DNA of 64,000 nt from Octopus sinensis (taxonomy: Eukaryota), in the NCBI RefSeq assembly GCF_006345805.1, contig NC_043004.1, positions 80,476,001-80,540,000 of the forward strand, in the 5' to 3' direction. The translations under genes and the position numbers were made by a program. This document shows positions 1 through 13,335 of the stretch, piece after piece. The notes under the pieces were generated by a model. That model did no database searches. It worked only from the letters and a program-made list of their open reading frames with translations, and was not told the origin of the DNA. How positions within the stretch are numbered: the stretch's first letter is position 1; every line of letters starts with the position of its first letter.

Positions 1-2
1 AT

Positions 3-75
<73 letters not shown>

Positions 76-336
76 CATCTTGTTAGGGTCTACTTTGCTT
101 TTTTTTTTTTGCTTCCGGCGATCGAGAAAATATCTACCAATCATAGACCTCCTTTTAATTCGTCTACACATCTCACCTGACACACACATGACAACCACAA
201 CGATGGGGAGGCCGTAGACACGCCAATATCTATGTCATACCAACAATGGCGGAGTCTATATTTTGCCCTGCAATATTTTTAGTTTCATTCTAGGATCAAA
301 TCTCACGAGAATTTCCCCCACCGTTTACACATTTCG

Positions 337-396
337 CTTCTTCTTCTTCTTCTTCTTCTTCTTCTTCTTCTTCTTCTTCTTCTTCTTCTTCTTCTT

Positions 397-462
<66 letters not shown>

Positions 463-540
463 GTTATAGTTGTTATTATTATTATTATTATCATCATTAT
501 TGTTGTTGTTGTTGTTGTTATTATCATTATTGTTGTTGTT
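337..540. repeat. (TTC)n/(ATT)n/(GTT)n compound microsatellite
   Basis: Directly visible. Confidence 0.95.
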
Positions 541-720
541 TTTGTTTGTTGTTACAACACCTCTTTTTGGGAATCGATATTTCTAAGCCGGGAAAAGAAA
601 ATGTCATCCAATGAATAAATTTATTTAATCAATTCCCAGCTAAATTTAAAGTACAGACAGCAATCGATTATATCTGTTATCGTATGAATTCTTCTGTTCA
701 TCAGAAGTCTCTCACTCTCA

Positions 721-805
<85 letters not shown>

Positions 806-980
806 GACCGTTCTCTCTTTTTACGTTCCATTCATGGTATTTTTGCATATCAGCAAAACGAAGCCAGCAACAAACGCCAGGAGACAACGTGGGAGGAAGC
901 TTCTACTACTAAAGCGGTTGCTTTTCTCTGCTAGAAATAGAAGTCAAATTACTTTATGTATAACTACACATTTTCATGTA

Positions 981-1048
<68 letters not shown>

Positions 1049-1550
1049 CAAATGTATAAAGCAAGAAAAATAAGAGATGTTCATAGTCAGGTTGAGGCTA
1101 ATGGAAAAACTGAAATGGGATTACGTTTCGTACTTTACTCATTCTTCAGATATTTTGCAGAAAGAAAGGAAATAATAAAATAGAGCCAGCCATATAAAAG
1201 CACGCGGAATTAGCTCACATTAAATGTCTGAGTGCACGCGCTCGCACTCATACACATTAGTTATCATTTTTACAAGGAAAGGGTTGAAAATTAATTTTAA
1301 AATGTCCTACTAAGCAGTATAGAGTATTCTGTCAGTTTATAGTTAAACTGTGTTAAGATGTAACTTAGGCATAAAAACAAGCAGCATTACTTCATTATTT
1401 CTGTCTATTGTGTGTGTGTGTAAAGTAGTGTTAAACACTGATGGTATGCAAATTAGTTGCTCTACTTCTCTGTAGCTACTGTGTTTGTGTAGTACGTTAA
1501 CAGATTGACTGCTTCTTTCTCTGAGTTTGGTCAAGTTGTTATAGAAATCT

Positions 1551-1590
1551 CTGATGAGAGCCTAATAAGGTTCGAAAAATCGATCTAGGC
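1551..1590 (+). ncRNA. Hammerhead-like core with intact stem II and degenerate helix III/stem I
   Basis: CUGAUGA GAGCC UAAUAA GGUUC GAAA, followed by AAUCGAUCUAG, which does not give a clean helix III or stem I. Confidence 0.4.
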
Positions 1591-3423
1591 TGTTCTTTTG
1601 TTTCCATTGTACGGAAAAATACTTTAATTTGCTCTGTTTAAGTATTTGCTGCCTAGGTTACACACACACACATACACACAAACGAGAAAAAGAAATCAAG
1701 AACAAACAAAATACACTAACCGATTGGAGGCAATGAAGTATAGAAGAAACTACTATAGTCCCAATATATACGTCTTTATGACTGAAGTAGGAGGAGATGA
1801 ATTCATGACGAGAGAGAGAGAGAGGGGAGGGTATATATCAGGTAAAAAAAGTATATGAAGTTTAACAAAAGACGGGGAGGGCTCAGATAAAAATAGAGAA
1901 ATAAAAGGAACTGCCGTGAAAATACTGAAGTATTTTTGATAAGTATGTTGTTTGAGCTTGTGACGTCTACCACCCACCCAGGTATTGTGTTAATAGACAA
2001 GAAACAGGGAAGGCTGTATAGCCTTCCCTCGGTATACCCGCGTATGTTTTTTTTCTCTCTTTTTCCTGTGGGGATTAAAGCGATGGTTGTGTTAACTGGG
2101 TTGTGGTTGTTCTTCTTTAGACCTAAGTCGTGCTTGATCCTTCACTTGATACATATTCTTTTATTCTCTTAATGGTTTCGGTCGTAGGGCTGCGGCCATA
2201 CTGGGGCATCGCCTTAATTCTCTATCACTTTTATTGTCGTTTTATGGCGAGAAGTTGATTTCGTAGAAGCTGATCTTCCGTGACTGTACCCTTCAACGGC
2301 CGGCTGATCCTGTTTGAATGTTAGGAGTTTATCCTGTGTTTCTTTGAATGTTTTCTATAGAGGTTCCTATTATATTTCTCTAAGTATTTAAAAAGCAGAA
2401 GAACTCAAGTCCTGGTGTTGATTCATTCGATTATAAAAAATCTTTCAAGGCGGTGCCACAGTATGGCTGCAGTCTGATGAGTGAGTAAGAAAGGATAAAT
2501 GATATCAATGGCGACAGATTTTGTCTATGGTTGCTGTTGGCAGTGGGTACGTGCCACTGACAAAGCTCAGAGAGACAGAAATACGTACCATGCATTCCCA
2601 CCAACACCACTAGGCGATTTTCATCCGTTGCTGATATATTTTTGTGTTTTTAAACACTGCACGTCCATAAATGATATCTCAGGACGAATACGGCAGTTAA
2701 TTTGGCTTTTGTGATGTGTTTGGATTAAGTATGATACATACACAGCCGAATGGTTGAATACCCAGATTTTGAGATAGGAATCAGTTGATTACATCGATTG
2801 ACTGATACATCGTTTTATTGATCACCAAAGGATGAAGGGCACAGTTGAAATAAAATATCGCAGTTCCCGACACTGTAACGATTTTACCAATCCACCTCTC
2901 TTGATAGTAGTAACTTTTTTAATTTTGACACAAGACCCGTAATTTTAAGGAGTAGAGGAACGGAGAAAATCGATTATATTGGCCCATCGTCATTCCACCC
3001 CCGAAAAGGAGAGAGGCAAGTTGACTCGGCAGGGTCTGACCTCAGTATGTAAAGAGCCGCAAGAAATATCACAAAACATTTGTACGAAACCACCACCCTT
3101 AGCGTCCCAATAATAAAAGAGACGCAAAAAATGTGTGTTTTAAAAAAAAACACTGAAGAGGAATAAAATAAACAGAAACGTGGTGTATCTGTGTAGTATG
3201 AGTGTACACACACGCTCACACACAAACTGGTTATACTACAACACCGTGTATTTTGTTACAAATACGTGTCTGCTGATGTCTTCAGTGTTTACTCACGATC
3301 TATATTCTCTGTTCTCTGTGAAAACGGGGCTGTCAGTGAGTGAGTGCCTAAGTAAATCATTCTTTTTCTACGTGTGTGTGTGTGTGAGTACATACAAACA
3401 TGCACAAATTCGTACATTCATAC

Positions 3424-3520
<97 letters not shown>

Positions 3521-4399
3521 CGTGTATATAATAGCTATGTATGTGTCATTTGTATATGTATTATGCGAATGTGTGTGTGTGTGTACGCGTATATATATAT
3601 ATACATACATATACGTATGTGTGTGTATATATATATATGTGTGCGTGTGTAAACACATGCATATGTTTCTATATATTTATGCGTGTGCGTATTTGTATAT
3701 AATTCGCTTGAGTATGTGCGTGTGGTGTGTATACACATGCGTATGTAAACGCTCACGCATACACACCTTTCTCTCTCTCTCTCACACACACAAACTCTTC
3801 TACCAATCCTTTCAATAGAAACAGATTTCAAACACCCCCTCCCCCTCCTCCCCATCAATCCATCGCACGAACCAACAATATTCAAACACGATAAACCTAA
3901 ATAGATTTATTACACTAACAACGAAGCAATCCTTAAGTGTCATCAAACGCGTATCCAGTTCACACGTACAACAAACTCTGGGGGTTGTTTTTTTTCCTAT
4001 ATGTACATAGACATGGAGGTCTAAGTGCTGGGATTCGTAACATCATGGTACTGAGTTCGATTTCACTATGCGGCCTGTTATTTTTAATTTTTTTTTTTTT
4101 TTATTGTAAGTCTAATAAAACTTTTTCGTAATTTCTACGTTGTTTTAAAAAAAATATCGACATGTCTTTCGGTAAATTGTCCAATCGGTCAATTGTCCTG
4201 TCTGTAAGTTTCTAACTAGATGATTATTGTAAGCGGAATTTTCATAAAGGGTTGTAAGTTGTCCTAAGTGTGGTCACCACCTTTGATAAGTAGCGTACTT
4301 AACCCGTTGCCAGAATTAAGGGCCCAACTTGACCACTGATTGGTTTTGGGCCTTCATGTGCTTGTGCTTATTATGGATGAATGCGCATCCAGGCCCAGC

Positions 4400-4615
4400 G
4401 GTTGCGCAGGAAGTCGGGGACAAGAAACAGGAAGAAAGAGTGAGAGAAAGTTGGGGCGAAAGAGTACAACAGGGATCGCCACCACCCCCTGCCGGAGCCT
4501 CGTGGAGCTTTAGGTATTTTTGCTCAATAAACACACACAAAACGCCGGTCTGGGAATCGAAACCGCGATCCTCCGACGGCGAGTCCGCTGCCCTAACCAC
4601 TGGGCCATTGCGCTT
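4400..4615 (-). mobile_element. SINE family C, 5' portion
   Basis: Same head (gggaatcgaaaccgcgatcc...ccctaaccactgggccattgcgc on the + strand). Confidence 0.8.
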
Positions 4616-5336
4616 CTTGCTGCTGCTGTTGTTGTTGTTTGGACACACCTATGATCAAAGGAGCAGTATCAGTGATCATCTTGTATAGATTTCCCTCAAA
4701 CACAGCGTATCAATAATTAAACGATCCAATGTGTTATTACAAGCGATGAGATATGATGTGAGGAAGATCTGGGCTGTTATTTCTTGAAGACCAAAGGACC
4801 ATGTTCGTTCGATGTTCCTTCGTTGAATTGTGGGTAGCTGAGGGTTCTATTTATAGTTGTACAAACATAACATACCGACATTTAAATGTGACATTTTTCC
4901 CCCTTTTACCCTTGGTATGGCACACCCTGTTTCGGTCACCTCGGGTTTTGGTGATGTTAAGTAACTGGGAAAGCAAAGAAAGAATGGGGAGAAAGAGTGA
5001 GAGAGAGAATGAAAGAAAAAAGGGAGAATAAAGAAAGAAATGAGAAAAACAGAAATAGGAAGAGAAACGAAAAAAAATAGCATCTTTCATCAGTGACTTA
5101 CCATCCATGACATCCACGTGTTATTCAAATCAAATACGGTATCTACCCGACATCATCCAATACGTCCTCCTTTTTATGAAGATAAAGCTGGGTTCGAAGG
5201 AGATTTAGTTGCTATTTCTAGTAAGTCGATCCGCCTACATTAGTTATTCCTTTATGTTATTATACACGGTTGTTTGATGATTGGTAGACCTTTGGGACGA
5301 ATGGAATGAAGCACAAATGGTGAGCCATATTTCCTT

Positions 5337-5482
5337 ACACACACACACACACGCACGCACACGCACGCACACACACGTTATGTTCCGACTCCCAAGATGG
5401 TTATTTATCTCTTTTATTCCTTATCAATGAATTCTATCTGGAATAACAAAATCCCTGCTTTGGAAGATAAAAAATGTTAGTA

Positions 5483-5544
<62 letters not shown>

Positions 5545-5933
5545 TTCTACTCTAGACACAAGGCCCAAAATAATAATAGTAATAATAATAATAATATAAT
5601 AATAATAATAATATGAAGAGAGAAGCTTGAAGATCTTGTAACAAATGCTATATTAGCAACTTCTTGATTATTTACACACGAGTACTTTAATAATTGTAGG
5701 ACGAGTGAAGTAGGCTGCATATATATATAGTTATGGTTTATTCTGTTTTCCAGGTTTGCGTTTGATACACACACACACACACCACACACACACACACACA
5801 CACGCACGCACACGCACGCACACACACGTTATGTTCCGACTCCCAAGATGGTTATTTATCTCTTTTATTCCTTATCAATGAATTCTATCTGGAATAACAA
5901 AATCCCTGCTTTGGAAGATAAAAAATGTTAGTA

Positions 5934-5969
<36 letters not shown>

Positions 5970-6198
5970 TAATAATAATAATAATAATAATTTCTACTCT
6001 AGACACAAGGCCCAAAATAATAATAGTAATAATAATAATAATAATATGAAGAGAGAAGCTTGAAGATCTTGTAACAAATGCTATATTAGCAACTTCTTGA
6101 TTATTTACACACGAGTACTTTAATAAATTGTAGGACGAGTGAAGTAGGCTGCATATATATATAGTTATGGTTTATTCTGTTTTCCAGGTTTGCGTTTG

Positions 6199-6245
<47 letters not shown>
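5337..6245. repeat. Tandem duplication of a ~451-bp unit bounded by (CA)n
   Basis: gttatgttccgactccc starts at 5377 and 5828. The copies differ mainly in (AAT)n tract lengths. Confidence 0.95.
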
Positions 6246-6248
<3 letters not shown>

Positions 6249-6791
6249 TCGAATATACATAGATATGGAGAAAAGAAGTGTATTCGCAGACAGGTTTAGA
6301 TTATAGGAGAGTTGGTTGAAAATGCACTTGTCTTAAAACAATGTAGTAGTTTTAAAATTTTGTAACAGATTTATTAAAATACCAAACCGGTTTCATCAAT
6401 GCTTTGCTTTTCAAAGGTAAATAAAAGATTAGGAGAGATTGAAGGCAGAATAAAAAATTCGGAAAAACTTGCTTAAAAAATCCAATGTTCATGCTAATTC
6501 CAATATTCAATAAGTTTCACGGAGGTAGATGGTAATACACGTTCAAAAGTTCGATGCGCCCATGTGTGTATTGTAACAGGTTTGACTCACTTTCACATGA
6601 CATAAAATTTGGTGGGCGTTAGGGCCACGTGCACCTCATCATCTACTGGAAGCTACTCCTAACATCCTGCATGTCATACACACCCACGAAACTTTAAGCC
6701 ATGTGGGGCTGAGTCGATCTCTCATTAAAATGTTTGTAACTCCGACCAATTGTGTTAATTGCTTCGTTTATTCTCCCCTGCTTGCGGGCGC

Positions 6792-6848
<57 letters not shown>

Positions 6849-6864
6849 CCTACATATATATATA

Positions 6865-6915
<51 letters not shown>

Positions 6916-7172
6916 CCATACACAAAGAGAAATGGAGAGAGGCATCAGCACTCAGTTTGTATTGACTTTCAGTTCAGTAGACGTAATAAGGCTCACTACG
7001 TACAGCATGGTCTAGAAATCGAACTCACGGCTTTATGACTGTCTGTTCAAGTCTTAAGCCCTAGGCCACGCGTTTGCTAGAATTTTTGCGCAGTAATAAA
7101 GAAAAGGGATGGAAGAAATATCCGTTTTCCTCCTCCTCCTCCTCCTCCTCCTCCTTCTTCTTCTTCTTCTTC

Positions 7173-7224
<52 letters not shown>

Positions 7225-7715
7225 TACTTTTAATCAGCATGTTTCTTGCCGAGACACACCCAGCGTCCTAGGGTGAGAGAGGGGTTAGAAAAGTTACTGT
7301 ATGGATACAAGCTTGGGGCTGGGAAATGGCAGCGGCAGTAACGAAATATCTTCATGAAATACAACACAAACTTTTAAATTGATAGGGCTTTTCTAAGGAT
7401 GTGAGCAGTACTTGTCAGCACAATCTTTTGGATTTCTCTCATACATGGTTCTCATGCCATCCTGAAGAGCCTTTAGTATTGAGGGGGCCCAAAGTGCGTG
7501 AGGTCTCTTTAGCCACCCCCTATTGGGGAAGCATATTGTTGATTTAATCTTTTTGTTGATCGCTGTGTTTGTTTGCTGTTTACACGTTTAACTTCCCTGT
7601 CCCTCGTCTGTGTGTCGTCCTCTATGTTTTGTGTTCGGCCGTGGTGGTCAATAAAGAAAGTATCTTTTCTGTCATCATCATCATCGTCATCGTCTGCTTT
7701 AGACATGCACCTATA

Positions 7716-7940
7716 TATTTCTTTACTACCCACAAGGGGCTAAACACAGAGGGGACAGACAAATGGATTAAGTCGATTATATCGACCCCAGTGCGTATCT
7801 GGTACTTAATTTATCGATCCCGAAAGGATGAAAGGCAAAGTCGACCTCGGCAGAATTTGAACTCGGAACGTAACGACAGACGAAATACGGGTACGCATTT
7901 CGCCCGGCGTGCTAACGTTTCTGCCAGCTCGCCGCCCTTA
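7716..7940 (-). mobile_element. SINE family A, full-length copy with 16-bp TSD
   Basis: tRNA-like head GGCGGCGAGCTGGCAGAAACGTTAGC...GAGTTCAAATTC, conserved GTCGACTTTGCCTTTCATCCTTTCGGG core. TSD tagacatgcacctata at 7700-7715 and 7941-7956. Confidence 0.9.
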
Positions 7941-8791
7941 TAGACATGCACCTATAGACTAGAGAACAACAGTTGAGCGTGGACCCGTGCCTTTGGTGGT
8001 CACGTTAACCTTTTAGAGTTCTTAGGGTTTCCTCAATATCAGGAGCAACGCATCATTAATGGGGTTCACAAATTTTAATACAACGTATGCTTTTATCTTA
8101 TTTCGCCCGCTTTCCCCTTCCTTTTCCTCCATCTTTTATGCACCCCTTTCCTCCCCACACACAAACAAGATTTTTGACAGGTCTTGTAATATTCCCCTCA
8201 TGTGATACCCCTGTGGCAAATAAAAAAAAAATCCTTATCCCGTGTTTCTGTTTTTTTTTTTTTTTTGTTTTGGCTTCCTACTCTTTTTTGCTTTTCATGT
8301 TGGTGTAATTTAGACAATGACGAGGCCACGCTATTATGCTATAATTGTGAGAGTTTGGTCCTTTCAATAATAAATCAGAATAAAAGTCGTGCAAAGATCA
8401 TAAAATCTTTACTTAATGTCTCATAGTTAGGAGACGGCAGCGTGTCTCCTGTTTATTAAGCTGCGCTGAGAGAGAGAGAGAGAGGGGGGAGGAGGAGATG
8501 TCGGGGAGAGAGCGGACTTACGTTTCTGATTAGAGAAAGCTGATGTTGGTTAACATAATAAATTATTGCTTTTAAATAAAGCAAGCAATTAGATTAAAGA
8601 GCTGGCTTGTTTGGTTGGAGAGACCTTACTCTCCGTTTAGATATGTATTTGTTCTGTTGTATGTTCGTAGCTTAATATGTATGTGTACGTGTACGTAGTT
8701 TAACATGTGTGTGTGTGTGTCTAAGTATGAAGTTTAATACGAATTTTGTGTGTATCAATGTATGTAGATTAATGTATGTGTGTATAATATA

Positions 8792-9202
8792 TACTCTTTA
8801 CTCTTTTACTTGTTTCAGTCATTTGACTGCGGCCATGCTGGAGCACCGCCTTTAGTCGAGCAAATCGACCCCAGGACTTATTCTTTGAAAGCCCAGGACT
8901 TATTCTATCGGTCTCTTTTGCCGAACCGCTAAGTTACGGGGACCTAAACACACCAGCATCGGTTGTCAAGCAATGCTAGGGGGACAAACACAGACACACA
9001 AACATACACACACACATATATATATACATACATATATACGACGGGCTTCTTTCAGTTTCCGTCTACCAAATCCACTCACAAGGCTTTGGTCGGCCCGAGG
9101 CTATAGTAGAAGACACTGGCCCAAGATGCCATGCAGTGGGACTGAACCCGGAACCATGTGGTTGGTAAGCAAGCTACTTACCACACAGCCACTCCTACGC
9201 CT
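8792..9202 (-). mobile_element. SINE family B, full-length copy (tRNA-like head, CORE-like CTTGGGCAAGTG block, internal TA/TG microsatellite)
   Basis: Reverse complement of the 62337-62722 copy; 3' tail tgactgaaacaagtaaaagagtaaagag. Confidence 0.85.
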
Positions 9203-9557
9203 ATATATGTAGTTTTATATGTATATATACGTGTGTGTGTGTATGTGTCCCCTTGTATACAGTTTAATGTGTTTGCATAGGTACATGTTTGGGTGTGTAT
9301 AAATAATACGCTACTGTGTGTCAATGTATGTGGTTTAATATCTGTATTTATGTGTGTGGATATCACACACACGCACCATCACGCGCGCGCATTCCTTCGC
9401 TTGTTTTAGTCATTGGAATGCGGCCTTAGGGGAGCGGGGCCTTGCAGGGTTTTACTCCAATAAATCTACTCCAATGCTTTTTTTTTTAAAGTCTTGTACA
9501 TATTTTATCAGACATTTTTGCCGAACCGCTAAGCTACGTAAACATGAACACATCTAT

Positions 9558-9792
9558 GGTGATTTCTTTACTACCCACAAGGGGCTACACACAGAGAGGA
9601 CAAACAAGGACAGACAAACGGATTAAGTCGATTATATCGACCCCAGTGCGTAATTGGTACTTACTTAATCGACCGCGAAAGGATGGAAGGCAAAGTCGAC
9701 CTCGGCGGAATTTGAACTCAGAACGTAGCGGCCGACGAAATACTGCTAAGCATTTTGCCCGGTGTGCTAACGCTTCTGCCAGCTCGCCGCCT
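9558..9792 (-). mobile_element. SINE family A copy nested in a family B copy, 13-bp TSD
   Basis: TSD tgaacacatctat at 9545-9557 and 9793-9805; family B sequence continues on both sides. Confidence 0.85.
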
Positions 9793-10853
9793 TGAACACA
9801 TCTATATCAATTATCAAGCAATGGTGGGGGACAAAAACAAGAACACACACACATCTATGACAGTCGACCTGGGGCTATAGTAGAAGACACAAGCCGAAGG
9901 TGCCAGGCAATAGGACTGAACCGAAAACAATGCGTTGCCAAGCTAACTATTTAAACATGCAGCCTTACCTGCGCCTATACACACATACATATATATACAA
10001 GCTGGAGCACCGACTTTAGTCGAGGAAATTGACCCCAGGACTTATTCTTTGTAAGCCTAGTACTTATTCTATGGTTCGCTTTTGCCGAACCGCTAAGTTA
10101 CGAGGACGTAAACACACCAGCATCGGTTGTCAAGCGATCTGGGGGGGGGCGAACACAGGCACACAGATATATACACACACATACATATCTACATACATAT
10201 ATACGACAGGCTTCTTTCGGTTTCCGTCTACCAAATCCACTCACAAGGCTTTGATCGGCCCGAGGCTATAGTAGAAGACACTTGCTGAAGGTGCCACGCA
10301 GTGGAACTGAACCCAGAACCATGCGGTTCGTAAGCAAGCTTCTTACCGCACAGCCACTCCTACGCCTCTGCCCATATTTCGAATTCCTAAATGAAAGAAC
10401 ACAAAAAAAAAAAAACGAAGAGAAAGAAACGGTCACAAACTCCCTGTCCTCGGCTGTCGCTGCGTTCTGACCCCTCACGTCTTCTGCATATTAAAATACG
10501 TGCGCGCATGTGTGAGTTTATACGTTTTCGTCAGTAGCCCTTACTACCCGTCTCCCTCGTCACTTCTGTCTCTCTATCTATCTCCGTATAATCTCACCTT
10601 CAACTATACACACACACACACACACACGCGCGCGCTTCTGTCCCTTCTACGAGACCCATTTATCTCGAGCCTTTTTTCGCTTTATGTATCTGACCTACTT
10701 CCTGCTTAAGCTATACATCGAGTTTAACATTTTATACTCACTGTTGCCATCGCGTCCACCGCCGCCGTCTCTGCTTTTCAAGTAACACTTCGTTCACACA
10801 CACAATCTCCCTATTTCTCTTTCTACCTATATAGCCCCCCTCTCTCTCTCTCT

Positions 10854-10884
<31 letters not shown>

Positions 10885-12719
10885 ACTCTCTTATGCTTCG
10901 CCCTCTCTATGTTCCTTGTAGTCTCATCGTGCGATAAATCGCTGTGGCCAATGGACGCTTTTTTTACTTGGCCAAATAGGGGAAGTCCTTCGTTTATAAT
11001 GTGCGTCCCTATGTGTGTGTGTGTCTCTTTACATTTATACCCAGCGTGCTTTTGTAATGTATAAAGCAAGTGTTTGTGCGTGTGTATGCATGTGTAGACA
11101 TGTATGTGTGGAGGAGTCCCTCCAGTTTACACACACACACCTTTGAAAATACTTGCAAACGCTATTAGAAAAGGGGCCAACAATAGATTCATATATATTT
11201 AAAACTTTTTTTTCCCCAGCACAGGCTATACAGCTATTATTGCTAAAAGTCTTTTTGGCAATCTTTCGTTATTGGTACACGACGTCATTCACCCACACAA
11301 CCTTCCCCCATGGCATAGGTAAAGGAGCGTGGCTGAAAATAGATGGTGAATGAGATTGACATCGTCTCCTCTCACCGATGACACCTTGTAGACCAATACC
11401 GAAATAACCCTTTCTTTTTTGTCATTTTACTTTAATCTTTCTACTTGATTCAGTGATTGGATTGTGGCCATGCTGGGGCACCGCCCTGAAGGGTTTTAGT
11501 GAAACAAATCGACTCCGGTAGTAATTATTTTCTTCAAGTTTGGTACTTATTCTTTCGATCTCTTTTGAGCCGCTAAGTTTTGGGTCCCTAAACAAATCAA
11601 CCAACATCGGTTGTCAAGTTTATTGAAAGAAAGACACTGTATTTCTACAAAATGTGATAACAAAAGGGTTAAAGTGATATAAATTAAAACTTTCAATCAA
11701 ATTTTTGTGTCAATTTGCGTTCTAAACACCAGTTTAATCCCCTTGATGCGGATCCATCTGAAACCATGGTTCTATGATACAAAGTTTCTCTTCTAAAGGG
11801 GCCTGAGTGAAAACCTTCCGCCAAAATACCGTGTTAATTTATGTTCCAAACGCCAGCTTAATGATGACGAAGTTATTTTACTAATTCTTCATTATATTCA
11901 AAAACCAATTGAAACAAAAGCAACGTATTTCAAGAGAAACACAGCGACAAAAGGCCTAACAAAGCGGTTTTCGCATTGCGTAGTTCAGTTTCCTTGTTAT
12001 CAGAATGGATGTAATTCTCTGTCTTTGTTGCCGTGACTGATTAACGAAGCTAAATTTAATTACTGGAGGATGAAATAATTAATTTATCAGCGAAGTAAAC
12101 AGCTACAACATTGTGAAATTGACGAACAGTTAGCTCATTGGTTATTACGTGCGAAGAGGCTTGGCGTCTTATCCAGAGGCGGTTGTCTCTCATCCACTTA
12201 ATGCCGAAGAAAGCAGAAAAGCAATATTAACTATCTCAGTTGATCACAGGTGTCCGTGAAATGCAATTATAAACCTCAGTCCTCGTGGCTAATACAGCAG
12301 AGAAAACTATCCTGTGGTGATTGTAGAAGGATAAAACCAGAGATGTATTACACATGGACTTCTGGAAGTATTGGCAAATTATGTCAGCTACATAAGAGTT
12401 TCATAATTCTCATATATAATATAGAAAGAGCTTAGCATATACGACTACAGGAAGGGTAGAGCTATCCTCACCCATTACAATTTTAAATATGGCCGGCTGC
12501 CGATCTAGTTCGCCGTCAACAGAAACAGCCTGCTCGTGAAATTAATTAAACCTTTATTTTTGTTTTCAAATATTTGCTGTTTCAAATATTTTTAGAAATA
12601 TGACATGAAGGTTTAATGTTTTTTTCAACGAAAGAGCATAAGGAAAAAACGTATCCTTCAAACTTCCATTTCATATTCCAAAAAACTATTCAGACACTGA
12701 ACAACTGTTATCTCTGGCG

Positions 12720-12785
12720 GACAGGTGTCCAGCACTGACGATGAGCAAAAACAGCCCCGAAACTGGACGGTCTGCTTGTCCTGTC
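12720..12785 (+). ncRNA. Extended type I hammerhead ribozyme with partly degenerate stem II
   Basis: GACAGG ugucc AGCA CUGACGA UGAGC AAAAACA GCCCC GAA ACU GGAC GGU C UGCU ugu CCUGUC. Two-part stem I with an internal loop, intact core, hairpin helix III and GUC triplet. Stem II has two mismatches. Confidence 0.65.
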
Positions 12786-12954
12786 AAGTCGCTAAAACAT
12801 GGTAGGGGTTCGCCCCGCCCCGCCCCTGCTTGCTATATGTGTTCGGTGCACATTGAATCGATAACCAGATAGATAGATAGATAGATAGATAGACAAACAT
12901 AGATATATAGATAAACAAATAGACAGATTGATAGACAAACAAATAGATAGACAA

Positions 12955-13335
12955 TGGAGGCACTCCGTCGGTTCCGACGATGAGGGTTCCGGTTGATCCG
13001 ATCAACGGAACAGCCTGCGGAACAACGTGTAAGTGGCTGAGCACTTCACAGACACGTGTACCCTTAACGTAGTTCTCGGGGATATTCAGCATGACACAGA
13101 GAGTGACAAGGCCGGCCCTTTGAAATACAGGTACAACAGAAACAGGAAGTAAGAGTGAGAGAGAGTTGTGGTGAAAGAGTACAGCAGGGATCACCACCAT
13201 CCCCTGTCGGAGCCTCGTGGAGCTTTTAGGTGTTTTCGCTCAATAAACACTCACAACGCCCGGTCTGGGAATCGAAACCGCGATCCTACGACCGCGAGTC
13301 CGCTGCCCTAACCACTGGGCCATTGCGCCTCCACG
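12955..13335 (-). mobile_element. SINE family C (tRNA-Arg-like head), 14-bp TSD
   Basis: Head TGGAGGCGCAATGGCCCAGTGGTTAGGGCAGCGGACTCGCGGTC...GGTTTCGATTCCC. TSD aaatagatagacaa at 12941-12954 and 13336-13349. Confidence 0.9.

Noticed and set aside
263-1183. ORFs with poly-F/L/I/R, LS, HT and CV runs
   Set aside because: Translations of (TTC)n, (ATT)n, (TC)n and (CA)n microsatellites.
12784-13200. 138-aa minus ORF with a homolog at 16530-16733 and similarity at 54641-54760
   Set aside because: The repeated 'protein' is the SINE family C body read in frame.
13262-13335. tRNA-Arg gene on the minus strand (also at 4545-4615, 16790-16865, and tRNA-like 61668-61736)
   Set aside because: No local acceptor stem, and the segments are continuous with SINE bodies flanked by TSDs; they are SINE heads, not tRNA genes.
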